Positions 25,071 to 39,711 are shown, counted from the stretch's first letter. The stretch is 64,000 bases of DNA from Eledone cirrhosa (GCA_964016885.1 OZ024740.1:198648001-198712000); one strand, 5' to 3'. Translations and numbers: made by a program. Notes: a model not told the origin generated them from the sequence alone.

Positions 25071-28010
25071 AGGAGGTTATAGTTCACTTGAAGCATTGTG
25101 TAATGAGGTATAAACGTTTAAATATGTGTAATAAGGCCAAAACAATGCAGGTATGGACATAGAAAAAAGAATGCAATAGTAAAAGATATATTGTTGAGAA
25201 TTCGTCTTTCACCTTGAATTTATTTAAATGTCCTTAATTTTCGTGATAATATCTCTTCTTCGGAGGGAAATAAAGGTCTCAAACCAGCGTCTTAAATCTC
25301 TAGCCAAGCCATGCTGACCGGAAATAGTATAGTGTAGCTGTTCTAACTCTAATATCAAAGAATTAAAATTAGGTGGATAAAGAGTAGTCTCCCTTTAAGA
25401 GGGGTTTGTTTAGGGTTTTTTTTTTTTAAATTTATTTTTTTATTTTATATACGTGCCTGTATATGTGTGTGGGAGAATGCATGAAGGTGTAAGTATGTGG
25501 GTGTGTGTGTGTGAGTGTGGGAAGATAGGTCTAATCGTAAAAGTGGGGGGTAGGTGTTATCTGGTGTTAGAACTGGTTTTGTGTGTGTATGTGTGAGAGA
25601 GAATAATTGGAGGTGTAAGCCTCTGTGTGTGCGCGTGCGTGTGTGTGGGGTGTGTAGATATGGGGCTAGAGGCCCTATCAGGTTATAAATTGGGTGTTGA
25701 GCTCTAGTCTATTATTGATTGGTGGATGTGTTTTATCTATAATAAGTGCTTCCTTAATTCTAAGATTGCCGAGGTTTCTTTCCTTAGTTTCTATCCTAAC
25801 TGTTATGTTTTTATCGGTGTTTTTGCATTTAACTAGGTGTTTCTTAAATGAGGAAGCGTTAGTATTGAGGTGTTCTTTTATTCTTATGTGGAGTGGTCTG
25901 GTGGTGCTACCTACGTAGAAGTTGTTGCATTTGTCACACTCTAGTCTGTATACTACGTAAGCCTGGTGGCATAGGTCTGTGTCGTTGATGGGGCAGTTGG
26001 CTAGTCTGCAGCAGTTGTCATGTCTGGTGGAGTGTCTCTTGGCCAGCCGTCCGCGCAGAGAAGGACCCGAGTGGGCCAGTTGGATATCCAGTCCCTCTCG
26101 TCTGATGGCTCTGCGGATGGCTGTTGTTGTTTCTTCACTGAAGTGTGGGAGCTTCAGGAAGCAAGTGTTAGTGCCTCGGGTGTGGTGTGTGTGTCTCGGT
26201 CTCTGGCGTCGGTGCATTTGTTCTTGATACGTGCCAGTTCATTCTTTATGTATCCGAACTTGACACCGAGTGGGAGGGCCGATCTGAAATGTACGAACAG
26301 CTCCCTGCTGGCGGATTTTTTATAGAAGCAGGTGTGGATGTTGCCTTCCTCTGTTACCCTGAGTTGGATGTCCAGTAGGGATAGGGATCCGCGGTCATCG
26401 GGGTGTTCCGTGCTGAACTTTATACTGGCGTCCATGCTGGAGAATGTTGTGTATATTTTCTCTGCCTCCTCACGGGATGATGTAAGGATGAGTATGTCAT
26501 CTACATATCGGGTGAAGAAGGCATGGGAATGGCAGGTGTTGAGGGCTCGGCATTCTAGCTGGTTCATGTAGGTGATGGCCAGCAGGCCCGAAAGGCTGGA
26601 TCCCATGGGTAATCCTGTTGTCTGTCTGTATGTGTGGTGGTGGAAGGTGATGACCGCGGATCCCTATCCCTACTGGACTTCCAACTCAGGGTAACAGAGG
26701 AAGGCAAAAATCCACACCTGCTTCTATAAAAAATTCGCCAGCAGGGACCTGTTCGTACATTTCAGATCGGCCCTCCCACTCGGTGCCAAGTTCGGATACA
26801 TAAAGAACGAACTGGCACGTATAAAGAACAAATGCACCGACGCCAGAGACCGAGACACACACACCACACATTTCCTGGAAGTACTCAAACTGAACGGATA
26901 CACGACATCCACCACAAACCGTGCCAGAAAGAACAGAGGACACCACACCCGAGGCACTAACACTTGCTTCCTGAAGCTCCCACACTTCAGTGAAGAAACA
27001 ACAACAGCCATCCGCAGAGCCATCAGACGAGAGGGACTGGATATCCAACTGGCCCACTCGGGTCCTTCTCTGCGCGGACGGCTGGCCAAGAGACACTCCA
27101 CCAGACATGACAACTGCTGCAGACTAGCCAACTGCCCCATCAACGACACAGACCTATGCCACCAGGCTTACGTAGTATACAGACTAGAGTGTGACAAATG
27201 CAACAACTTCTACGTAGGTAGCACCACCAGACCACTCCACATAAGAATAAAAGAACACCTCAATACTAACGCTTCCTCATTTAAGAAACACCTAGTTAAA
27301 TGCAAAAACACCGATAAAAACATAACAGTTAGGATAGAAACTAAGGAAAGAAACCTCGGCAATCTTAGAATTAAGGAAGCACTTATTATAGATAAAACAC
27401 ATCCACCAATCAATAATAGACTAGAGCTCAACACCCAATTTATAACCTGATAGGGCCTCTAGCCCCATATTTACACACCCCACACACACGCACGCGCACA
27501 CACACAGGCTTACACCTCCACTTATTCTCTCTCACACATACACACACAAAACCAGTTCTAACACCAGATAACACCTACCCCCCACTTTTACGATTAGACC
27601 TATCTTCCCACACTCACACACACACACCCACATACTTACACCTTCATGCATTCTCCCACACACATATACAGGCACGTATATAAAATAAAAAATAAATAAA
27701 AAAAAAAAAACCCTAAACAAACCCCTCTTAAAGGGAGACTACTCTTTACCCACCTAATTTTAATTCTTTGATATTAGAGTTAGAACAGCTACTCTATACT
27801 ATTTCCGGTCAGCATGGCTTGGCTAGAGATTTAAGACGCTGGTTTGAGACCTTTATTTCCCTCCGAAGAAGAGATATTATCTCGAAAATTAAGGACATTT
27901 AAATAAATTCAAGGTGAAAGACGAATTCTCAACAATATATCTTTTACTATTGCATTCTTTTTTCTATGTCCATACCTGCATTGTTTTGCCCTTATTACAC
28001 ATATTCAAAC

Positions 28011-28017
<7 letters not shown>
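25069..28017. mobile_element. Penelope/Poseidon-like PLE as a tail-out inverted duplication (minus arm 25108-26656, plus arm 26648-28017)
   Basis: GLPMGSSLSGLLA, RYVDD, VVYRLECDKCNNFYVGSTTRPLHIRIKEH; ~1.3-kb near-identical arms; (TA)n on both sides. Confidence 0.93.
27860..27894 (+). ncRNA. Minimal hammerhead variant, core CCGAAGA (mirror 25232-25266)
   Basis: cct CCGAAGA agagat-att-atctc GAAA at TA agg. Confidence 0.6.
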
Positions 28018-28540
<523 letters not shown>

Positions 28541-28564
28541 TATTTATATAGATATTTATGTGTG

Positions 28565-28600
<36 letters not shown>

Positions 28601-29359
28601 TATATATATATAAATTCCCAAACAGTGGGCGCGAAATTTAACGTACTTGTTCACGTGACAGTCATAATTTCATTTATAACCAATCAAATTACATTTCAAC
28701 ACATCAGTCATACATATAACAACTCTCTCCATCCCATTTTCTTGACCATTATCTTTTGTTTGGCACAGAATTCGCTGAATGGCTATAAAAAAATTCCAAA
28801 ATACGGTCGCGAAATTTAATGTAATTCTTCACGTGATAGTGTTAATTTCATTTATAAAATTACATTTATAAAAAAATCAAATTACATTTATAAAAAAAAA
28901 AAAGCCTTCGTGAACCACGTTCTTTTTAAGTAAAAAGAAATTCAAATACCAACCTGACTGCAACAATCAACCAAACTTCACTCATATATGGAGCCCCACC
29001 CCTTGTTTGAAGGAAAATATAAGAACTTTGTAACGTGAACTGGTGCGAAATATATTATACTTATTGACCAACCAACCAACCAAATTACTTCTCTAAAAAT
29101 CTAGCATTTCGAGCCACTTTTTTCCATATAAACAGAAGTAACATTCAAAGACCAACCAGATGTGAGAAAAACCACAGAACCTCCATCTTAACTCTACTTT
29201 TGAAAAGCAGAAGAACTGCGAAACAGGTAAAGGAACCAAATAAATATATATAATTATTAAAAAAGACTCCAGTTGCATTTTCGATTTCATCTTTTTCCCT
29301 TATACTTTCACTCGTGTAGGACACCTCGGTTATTTTCCATTTTGTAAAAAAGACCTCAC

Positions 29360-29443
<84 letters not shown>

Positions 29444-29473
29444 ATATATATGTATATGTTAAAATAATATATA

Positions 29474-31440
29474 TACATGTTAAAATATGACAGAGAAAAC
29501 AATGGTACTGAAATGAGAGATGGTGTGGTAAGGTATCGGTGATTATCACTATATTGAGTTTGAGTTAGGGTTTGTTCTTGGCACATGGCCGAATGTTTAG
29601 GCGGAGAAAGCGTTGGTGATGTTGATGATTATGGATGTATGGCGATGTGTTTGGTGGTGGTGGTGGGGGTGATGAATGCGACATGTCATTTACAGGATCG
29701 AATATTACAATGGGTTACATGTTAAAATATGAGAGAGAAAACAATGGTACTGAAATGAGGGACGGTGTGGTAAGGCATTGCTGATTATCCCTATGTTGAG
29801 TTCAAGTCAGGGTTACTTCTTGGCACATATCCGAATGTCTGGGCGGAGAAGGTGTTCTTCCTGGTTTGTCTGCTGTTTATTATTATGTCTGATCTCGAGT
29901 TTATGGCTGATTTCAATTTGGTGATCACGGCCGACTCGACCAGGCATAACCTGCAGTTGTTTCCGTCATTGGCGAATTGGGCCACGCATCTCTTTACTGA
30001 CTATTTGATCTGGTATCCCAGGTTCTTGTCCTTGAGTTCTCAAATCATGTCCGCCAATTTGGTTTGGGAGCGTTTAGGCTTATGGTTGAAAGAGCTTTTG
30101 TGGTTGTATACGTTCTTTAAATGTAGTCAAGGTCGCGGCTATGTAGGAGTATTCCTTTCGGCCGGCTGTGACATCGCACTGCTAAATAATGTTTTTAACG
30201 AGGCACTCCCCGCTGAATGGGCATTGCTCCCGCTTTTTGCAGTTGCAGCTGGGGGTTTTGGGGTTGTTGTTAAGTTGCCGGTTGTTCGGATTCTGTATGG
30301 AACTAGCACGTAGTTGGTCGTTGTGGTGTGTTGTCTGTGCGGTGTTGTTTTGGGTTGTGCTAGTGGCTGGTTGCAGTGCTTGCATCTGTTTGCATATTTT
30401 TGACCTATTTGTGTATGCTATCGTGTCGCCTAGATTTGGTGTTGTTGAGAAAGAGAATTTGACAATGTGCCTATTAAAGAGCTTGAGGTATTGATATGTG
30501 GGTGTGACGGATTGGTCAAGAGCCTTGATGAATGTTCCAGTACATTGGTGGCAATGTGTATAGAGTACGGGGCGTTGTACCATGTCACGGGTCTGCTCCT
30601 GTCCTTGCGGTGTTTAGTGCGGTTGTTGTGGCTTGTTGCGTGTGTGGTTTTGTTCTGGTCAGGCTTATTCGTCTTGGGAGTTCTTGCTATTCTATTACCG
30701 TTTAATCTAGGGTCTCTATTACTACGTAGTCGTGTGCTATATTCCGTGTCTTTACGGTGGTTGGAGGGTATAGCTTTGTATCCTTGGCAGTTATATATAT
30801 ATCGCTGCCTGTCCTGCCGGCTAAGGGTGGTTTTTGCGTATAGTTATTCCAGGTAGGGTGTTATCGTCTATTGCGTTTCTAGGGGTATGTGTGGGTTTAG
30901 CGGCGTTGCGCTTCTGGTCTAATCGTTGTAAGTTATCTACTCATTGCACTCGGCCTTTTCAAGTGCCGCGTTATAGTAATCCGAGTGCTGGTTGAAGACA
31001 GTTCTGTTCGCCGACAGGGTGGACACTCTGTGGCAAACACTCTTAACTATCGAGTTAATTAAGCTCTTAGGGTGGTTGGGGTGTCTATTGACATATTTTA
31101 GGTTTTCGTTGAGTTTATGGTACGGGCGGTAGACTCTTGTGTCTAATTCTAAAGTCATGTCTAAGAATTTCACTGTCCTACTGTTGCGTTCTATTTCTAC
31201 GGCTAAGCCTTGGGTCTTAAAGAAATATCTAAGTCGTGTGTGTAATATATCTAGTTGGTTATTATTGAGTCCGCTGGCCATTATCAAGGCGTCGGCCCGG
31301 TAGAAACCTCTGCCCATGCTAGGGATCTCGTCGGTTATTATATTCAGGAGGTATAGGCCGACGATGTCCGTAACCTGTGCGGAGTCACTCGACCCCATAG
31401 TAATGTCGAAGCTATCTGGTCTATTTTGTCGTTCCCATAA
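29474..31440 (-). pseudogene. 5'-truncated decayed Naiad-like PLE with duplicated 3' end (29474-29613 / 29716-29855)
   Basis: FDITMGSSDSAQVTDIVG, FYRAD (mutated YRDD), CNCKKREQCPFSGECL, CRLCLVE. Confidence 0.9.
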
Positions 31441-32096
31441 GTATATATATGTATGTATATATATGTATATATGTATATATATGTATATATATGTATATAT
31501 GTATATATATATATTTTTTTTTTGTTTAGTATATTTTTGGCAACAAACCCTCCCCACACCACCACCACGAGAAATGGTGGCAGGATAGATGCCAACACAC
31601 AGACACACAAATTCTTCTAAAAATAGGAGCAGCCGGACTAAAGCTGACCTGACTAATGATCCCCTAACACCACTACCACTACCAACACAAAGGAGGAGGT
31701 CAGGTGTACTTAACAAAACGAACCACAACAGATTGCCTTGCCTCAGAAAAATTTCTATAGACTTTTCACTGAGGAATGTTCTCACCACTGACCAATGGGA
31801 GGAGAGAGTGTTAATTTGTTTAGTCAAAATACGGCGATAGCTTAAATTTATAATAATTTCAAACCCGTTCGCTGTTTCGAAAATATTCTTACTTGACATT
31901 ACAGTCGCTAAGTTTATAGCTTCTAATTTGGATGTGTTGGTGTAAATGGTAGCACAGTGGTCTGGATAACCAAAGATGTGGGTTTGACTCCCATGTACGT
32001 CAATACTCATCTTTTTCCATTTCTCCGAGGGTTCTTAACTCCACTATCAGGCTAAATAATTTCTTTAATTTCTTTAGTCAAAATACGGCGATAGCT

Positions 32097-32133
<37 letters not shown>

Positions 32134-32233
32134 GACGTAAAATAAGAAAATTTTAAAAATTAAAAATTAACTTATAACTTATGTATTTGCTAGCATTAGT
32201 GTACATCTGTACGCATATGTTGGTAAATATACT

Positions 32234-32676
<443 letters not shown>

Positions 32677-33074
32677 TATATATGTATATATATATATATA
32701 TAAGTATATACAGATTTTCAGCCTGTACAAACCATAATTGAGCAGATCTATGGTATAATATAATTGAAATAAATTTTGTTTTAATCCATTTTTATAATGT
32801 CCCTTCCCCCTTTTAATTAATTAATTTAATTAATTTATTTTAAGGTTGAATTATTAATTTTCTTGAGTATCTTGTGAGCTTTTTCTAGCTTCATAGTCTT
32901 ACTCGTCGATAGAAGTATATACTGAATAATTATAGATAAACCACTTGGATTTCGTAACTTTACGTCTTCCTTTTAGCTGAAGTAGATCTTCAGTCTAGGC
33001 GTTATATTCCAGTAGAAGAAAATTCATCAGAATTTTTCATGAAAAAGCTATTAATTAGTATATCTGAAGACTAG

Positions 33075-33163
33075 GTCGCTGAAGAGCCATGAAAGTCTTT
33101 ATTGGATAATTAACGATGCCAATTCGCTAATACTCTTAATCATGGTGAAACGGTGGTCTGGAC
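33075..33163 (+). ncRNA. Hammerhead with long stem II, GUC site
   Basis: gtcg CTGAAGA gccatga...tcatggt GAAA cggtgg TC tggac; stem I imperfect. Confidence 0.6.
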
Positions 33164-33344
33164 AATATGCAGGTAAAATAATATTTTTTCGTAAAATATA
33201 TTTTTCGCTTGCTATGTTCTTAATACTAATATACTTTAGATATACTAAATAAAAGTTTGAATAAATAATGCACTGCAGAATACAGAGTTTAGTCTGTATA
33301 AAGCATATTTGAGCTGATCAAAATTCATTTTATTTTAATCCACC

Positions 33345-33416
<72 letters not shown>

Positions 33417-34178
33417 AATATATATGAAATATAGGAGTCCATTCATAGTAATTGCTGTAATACTAATAGCATTAAGGTATCATGTGAAATATACTTAGGT
33501 AGAGGAAAAAAGTGGTCAGTAACCTCTACAAAAAGACGACCTCAATGTTTCTTGAATTCCAGCTCGGCGCATCACCACTAATCCAAATGGGGACTGAGTA
33601 AGAAAACCAAATGGTACCTTAAGTGCATTCTCTCTTCAAAAGTGGATTAGCTTAAATTTATTGCCTTGTAGTATCAAATTGTTTTTTACCTGTTGAATGC
33701 ATCTCTAGTTTCTCACGCCATTGATGACTTTCTGGAGCTGGGTTATCTGCAATGATTCAAATTTTGCTTTGTTTGATGGCATTTATTATGTCATAGACGA
33801 AAATAAATGGAGAGAAATGGGTGCTATGAGGTGCCCTGTGAGACATCACTGATGATAGTTTCTGATTGCGGTCGGCATGTTGGGTTATGTTCACCTCGAA
33901 ACACTCATTCTTCTGTAGTATATTCTCTCTGACGCTAATGTTGGATCCTCTTTCAAATGGATGGTGAGTTTAGACTCGTTAAATTCGTGGCTGAAGTCAA
34001 TGAATATAATATATGTTGGAGCCTATTCCCAAACAATTACAATATCAATAAATTGATACAGAGTGTGCGCTACTGAGACACTGCTATAAAGAGATCCATG
34101 CCATTTGTGTCGTGATTGTTACTCTCGGGAAAATAAGTCATTGTTGATTTTACCTTTTTCTCAAATAAAGATTATATA

Positions 34179-34241
<63 letters not shown>

Positions 34242-34244
<3 letters not shown>

Positions 34245-34666
34245 GGAGGTGAGTTTTATTGTAGTACAATAAAGCAATGCAGATATCGGATAAGTAGCAC
34301 TCTACAGTTTGTAGGACTGGAGTATAAATAATATATAAGATCAAAAGATGATTTAAAGAGTTCCATGTATTTTATTATGCGCATTTCAAAAACAAATATC
34401 ATCATCCAATAACATTTGCGTTTTCGTCAGATAAAATAGAGAGACATGATATGAAGGTTAAAACACACTTGTGAATAGTGCAGTTTTAAATCAACATATG
34501 TTGTTTTAAAACTGCACTATTCACAATTGTGTTTTAACCTTCATATCATGTCTCCCTATTTTATCTGACGAAAACGCAAATGTTATTGGATGATGATATT
34601 TGTTTTTGAAATGCGCATAATAAAATACATGGAACTCTTTTAACCATCATTTGATCTTATATATAT

Positions 34667-34668
<2 letters not shown>
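34242..34668 (-). mobile_element. Near-perfect palindromic copy of the 28044 family (HHRs 34370-34436 minus, 34559-34625 plus; core CTGACGA)
   Basis: ~170-bp arms centred on caacatatgttg (34493-34504); tail on the left; inside (TA)n. Confidence 0.9.
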
Positions 34669-34741
<73 letters not shown>

Positions 34742-34870
34742 AATGAATAATAACAGGTAGACATCATAAAAAGGTAGTTTATTCCGTGTGCTTACAAGTG
34801 TTTCCACGGTGGTACTGCAGCCTCACTTAAAAACATACCTATACCTAACAAAAGGGAATATATTCTCAGT

Positions 34871-37126
34871 ATGATTCAACGCAGTAACGACTTCATTCGG
34901 CGTGTACGATGGAAAGCTTTCCACTTCGATAAAGGACGCGCCAATCACTCGTCTGAATCATATGGTTTTAAATCATGTAAAAACCCACCTACAAACCCTC
35001 ACCTCGAAGCTTTCGAACAGGACTTATTGAAAACTACCATGAACATTAAGTTCAACAGACATAGAAATAATGAGCTGCAGAACAACATGAAAGCACTACT
35101 CCGAAGATTGCAAAATACCAATGGAATTGTTGTGAAAGCTGACAAGACTTCTAACGTGTATACCATGGATATCGATACGTATAATAACTTCATACGCAAC
35201 GAACTACACAAAAAATATAGTAAAACAAATGAAACTACGCTAGCAAATATTAACAACGAGGCATACAAAGTGGTAAAGAATCTCAAGATAGACGATAGAA
35301 CCGAGCCGATTATACCCGCTACCCCCACCTTCAACCTGAAGGACCATAAGGTAAATTTTGACTCTAACCCTAAGATTAGACTTATATGCCCTTCTAAATC
35401 AGACATAGGGAAAATTAGTAAACATATACTTGACAGAGTAATAACTCAAGTGAAAAAGAAAATTGAAATTAAATTATGGGGCAACACTAGCGAAGCAATT
35501 CGCTGGTTTAATAATGTTAAGAATAAGAATAAATCTAAGTTTATACAATTTGACATAGACGAATACTACTCTTCCATCTCACCAAGCACTTTACTTAAGG
35601 CCCTATCGTTTGCTAAGGCCAATTCCGACCTAACGGAGGACGAAATTAATATTATTCTCGAGGCTAGAAAAACCATTATTAAGTTCGATAACTGCTACTG
35701 GGAACGTAAGGACAGACCCACAAATTTCGATATTACCATGGGTTCCAACGACTCGGCGGAGGTCACGGATCTCGTGGGAATTTACATAGCCCACATATTA
35801 CATAGTAGATTTAGTAATCTACAGGGGGGGATATATAGAGATGACGGGCTCTTATTAGTTAATAACTTGAATAACCAAAATCTTGAAAGGCTACGGAAAA
35901 ATATTAGAAAATCTTTTAGTGAACTGGGCCTAAAAATAACATACGAATACAATCTTAAGGTAGTAAACTTTCTGGACGTAACTCTTAATTTAAATACCGG
36001 ACAGATACGACCCTTCCACAAGGTAAATGAGAACCTTACGTATATTGACTTTAACTCTAACCACCCACTCTCCATGATCAAATCAGTTCCCCGGAGTATT
36101 TCTCTTAGAATCTCTCGCCTATCGTCTAACTCTGATATTTTTAGCGAACATGCTGAATACTACAATAATGCATTAAGGAATGCTGACCACCGGGATACAA
36201 TAGAATACATCGATAGTAATTTCCACAACACACATAGCTCTACACGTAATCAAGGTATACGTAACCGGGGGACTAAAACACAAGCACACACACACTATAC
36301 TACCAGACATACTAATAATAGAAGTTCACCACCAAATAAATCACGTTGTAGAAAGTATATCTGGTATAATCCTATTTTTAATGCCTCGATTAGTACAAAA
36401 CTATCTCGTTCATTCTTTAAATTAATCAATAAACACTTCCCTAGTTCCCATAAGTACAGCAAAATTCTGAACTCCAAAACTATTAGACTATCATACTCCA
36501 CGGCACCAAACCTTGAAGCATACATAAAAAAACTTAACTTAAGGCAATTAAACAACTCTACAAAACAAAGCATTTTAGTAACAGATGGGCAGAACGCAAT
36601 ATCTGCCTCCCAACCACTAAATGGGAGACGGGTATTGCACAACCCACCTGTACCGCTATCACAACCTATCCATGGTATACCCGCTACCCACAACAAAGCA
36701 TGTAACTGCCATCTACCTGAAAGATGCCCATTGCAGAATGAATGCCTAAAGTCCAACATTGTTTACCAATGTACGGTTGAATCGGACGACCAGAAATGGT
36801 ATTATATCGGATCTACCACCACATCGTTTAAATCTCGCTGGTACCGTCATCGATTCTCAATCAAACATCAGAATCACCGTTTTGTGACCACGCTCGCCAA
36901 CAAGACCTGGCAACTCCGTGAACACAACCAACAGTTCACCTTAAAATGGGATATACTTTCCAGCGCAAATGCATATCGGAGTGGTTTGAAGTACTGCAGG
37001 TTATGTAACCTTGAGCTATTTTACATACTAAAATCCAAAAACAAACTACTTAACGATAGAATTGAACGATCATTATACTGCAACCACAAACTAAAAGCTA
37101 AATTCTCTCACTATAAAATAACTTAA
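34871..37126 (+). CDS. PLE reverse transcriptase + GIY-YIG endonuclease (Naiad-like), 751 aa; frame open upstream through SLKNIPIP (34823)
   Basis: RRVRWKAFHF, FIQFDIDEYYSSI, FDITMGSNDSAEVTDLVG, IYRDDGL, CNC..CPLQNECL..IVYQC..YYIGSTT..FKSRW..CRLC; no stops. Confidence 0.95.
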   Translation: MIQRSNDFIRRVRWKAFHFDKGRANHSSESYGFKSCKNPPTNPHLEAFEQDLLKTTMNIKFNRHRNNELQNNMKALLRRLQNTNGIVVKADKTSNVYTMDIDTYNNFIRNELHKKYSKTNETTLANINNEAYKVVKNLKIDDRTEPIIPATPTFNLKDHKVNFDSNPKIRLICPSKSDIGKISKHILDRVITQVKKKIEIKLWGNTSEAIRWFNNVKNKNKSKFIQFDIDEYYSSISPSTLLKALSFAKANSDLTEDEINIILEARKTIIKFDNCYWERKDRPTNFDITMGSNDSAEVTDLVGIYIAHILHSRFSNLQGGIYRDDGLLLVNNLNNQNLERLRKNIRKSFSELGLKITYEYNLKVVNFLDVTLNLNTGQIRPFHKVNENLTYIDFNSNHPLSMIKSVPRSISLRISRLSSNSDIFSEHAEYYNNALRNADHRDTIEYIDSNFHNTHSSTRNQGIRNRGTKTQAHTHYTTRHTNNRSSPPNKSRCRKYIWYNPIFNASISTKLSRSFFKLINKHFPSSHKYSKILNSKTIRLSYSTAPNLEAYIKKLNLRQLNNSTKQSILVTDGQNAISASQPLNGRRVLHNPPVPLSQPIHGIPATHNKACNCHLPERCPLQNECLKSNIVYQCTVESDDQKWYYIGSTTTSFKSRWYRHRFSIKHQNHRFVTTLANKTWQLREHNQQFTLKWDILSSANAYRSGLKYCRLCNLELFYILKSKNKLLNDRIERSLYCNHKLKAKFSHYKIT

Positions 37127-37619
37127 CATTCGAACCCGTAACTACAACACCACTTTCTAGCTAACAACCTTCTCTTCTCCCCCACACTACAAGACAATAC
37201 ACTGCTTATCACTATACATGGTAACTCAGTACAATTCCTAGATTACTACTACAAAACCAAAAGTTCACTCACCACATATACTTTATCTGTCCCCTCTCTA
37301 CCTATATATCTCTCTCTACATCCATTACACTCTCTCTCTCTCACCTTTGACCTACCTCCCTCTCAACATCTATGAACTTGACGTCTGGGGCAATAAATAA
37401 TTCCGACCTCAACTATCTACGCATCTCTCCAAAAGTAACTAATAAAACCCCTACCATAACATTTTGATTAAGATATCTACAAGCCACTCTCTCCTACTTC
37501 TCCAACCCCTGCATATCTTTCCTTCTCTCTCCATCTTCCCTACTTTTCTCTCTTCCTGTTCCACTCTATCTTCCCCAACAACCCCACTTAAGGGTTTTTA
37601 CATTCTATATTTACCATTC

Positions 37620-37731
37620 TGCTCTGAAGAAACAGTGGTCACAGCATTGGATATTCGAGTTCTGCAAATACTTGTGAATTTGCACGTAGCGGAACTAGGC
37701 TGCAGTACCACCGTGGAAACACTTGTAAGCA
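37620..37731 (+). ncRNA. Type-I hammerhead with 85-nt structured stem-II insert
   Basis: tgct CTGAAGA [..gtggt..agttctgc..gcggaact..accac..] GAAA cacttg TA agca. Confidence 0.7.
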
Positions 37732-37926
37732 CACGGAATAAATTACCTTTTTATGATGTCTACCTGTTATTATTCATTCTTTATATACACTCCGGAATAC
37801 TGAAGGATCAGGAACTAAGTTTCTCGAACAATTCTTCCATAACTCGTAGAGTAACCTCTTACCGTACATCAACCATATCCAGTGTAGTAATTAACCATCA
37901 CTGCATCTTGGATAATCCTATACCTA

Positions 37927-38225
<299 letters not shown>

Positions 38226-38229
38226 ATAC

Positions 38230-38336
<107 letters not shown>

Positions 38337-38869
38337 CACATGCGTAGTGATTTGTCAAAATAAATGAAATATACCTTCTGCATTCACTGCTTGTTAATTC
38401 TCTTTCACTGCATAAGATTCTCTCATAATTACCATATGCTATCTTAAATCCACGAAATGTAATAGCCTTCCACTTTGAACTCAAAACAATATCACACATC
38501 TGCTACATTGTGTGTAAAGCCATTCCTATTTGACTCCGCATTTCCTATGTTATTAATGGTTAAAGTATACTCTATATTTCGATAATTCTACAAATATTGA
38601 TATCAGGTGTTATTGTGCAAAAAGGGCATTACCCCTGTCAATTAGGAATATATATTTGTTTGATAACAAGAGCAACGTTTACTGGTCGCAAATAAGAAAT
38701 GTTGGTTCAACAGATCATTCCCCCAATTCCTATATAATGTTTAATTTATATTCTTTGTATATAGGACGGTTGACAAGTGTGGTTGACGTCATTAAGGGAT
38801 AGCTTTGTAACTTGTATGATCTCGTGATTGTTGCTTTCGGGAACTCCACAAAAGTGTGTTCATCATTAC

Positions 38870-38908
38870 CGAGAACAATTGTTTCACCTTATTCGGATCG
38901 TCAACTCG
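38870..38908 (-). ncRNA. Degenerate minimal hammerhead in a diverged inverted repeat (38839-38964 / 39225-39343)
   Basis: cgag TTGACGA tcc-gaataa-ggt GAAA caattg TT ctcg. Confidence 0.55.
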
Positions 38909-39673
38909 AGTTAAATAAGGTTGCACGGAAAAGAAAAGAAAACAACTGTATAAATACGCATGTGCAGAATCAGTCACTTTCCAAAGGGGAGGTAAACCAA
39001 TGATAGATTTATGTGGGGAGGTAACTGTGGGTGCTTGGAATAATTATTCATGTTATTCAGTCCAGAAGATTATAGATTGTTCCTGTTAGTCAATCTGGAG
39101 TTTGAAATTACGTAATAGGTGTTTACAGATATGTGGACCACGTGAAAAAAGTTCATTCCTTGAATATAGACAATCGCAATTACGTAAATCCTAAGGATAT
39201 TGATTATTTCTTCAATGCGCAGCCCACATGCGTATTTGTAGAGTTGTTCTTTTCTTTTTCTGTACAAACTCATTTACGAGCTGATTGTACGAATAAGGTT
39301 AAACTGTTGTTCTCGGTAATGGTGAACTAATAGTTGTGGAACTTCTTCTACCAAATATGGTAATATGAAAGAGTCGGGACCCCGACAGCTGAGCACTTGC
39401 AGTTTCAACAGCTTGTTCCAGACTGTCTGGAACTAGCAGTTGAAACAGCAAGAGCCCAGCAGGTGTGCCCCCGACTCTTTCATATTACCATACTCTATTA
39501 CTCCAAGTATCGAGTACTCTGGTGAGTAATGATTTAAACAAGTTTTTATTGTATCCATTTTGATTTATACACACACACACAGACACACACAAACACACAC
39601 ATATATATATGTACATACATATATATACATATATACATATATATATATATGTATATATATATACACACATATA

Positions 39674-39711
<38 letters not shown>

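Noticed and set aside
31933-32002. Functional tRNA gene
   Set aside because: Acceptor stem does not close, the T-loop is mutated (gtttga), and it is fused to a repeated body, so it is a SINE-like head
30937-32010. 357-aa ORF as a single gene
   Set aside because: Chance read-through joining a tRNA-like repeat, unrelated sequence, a microsatellite and the PLE RT fragment
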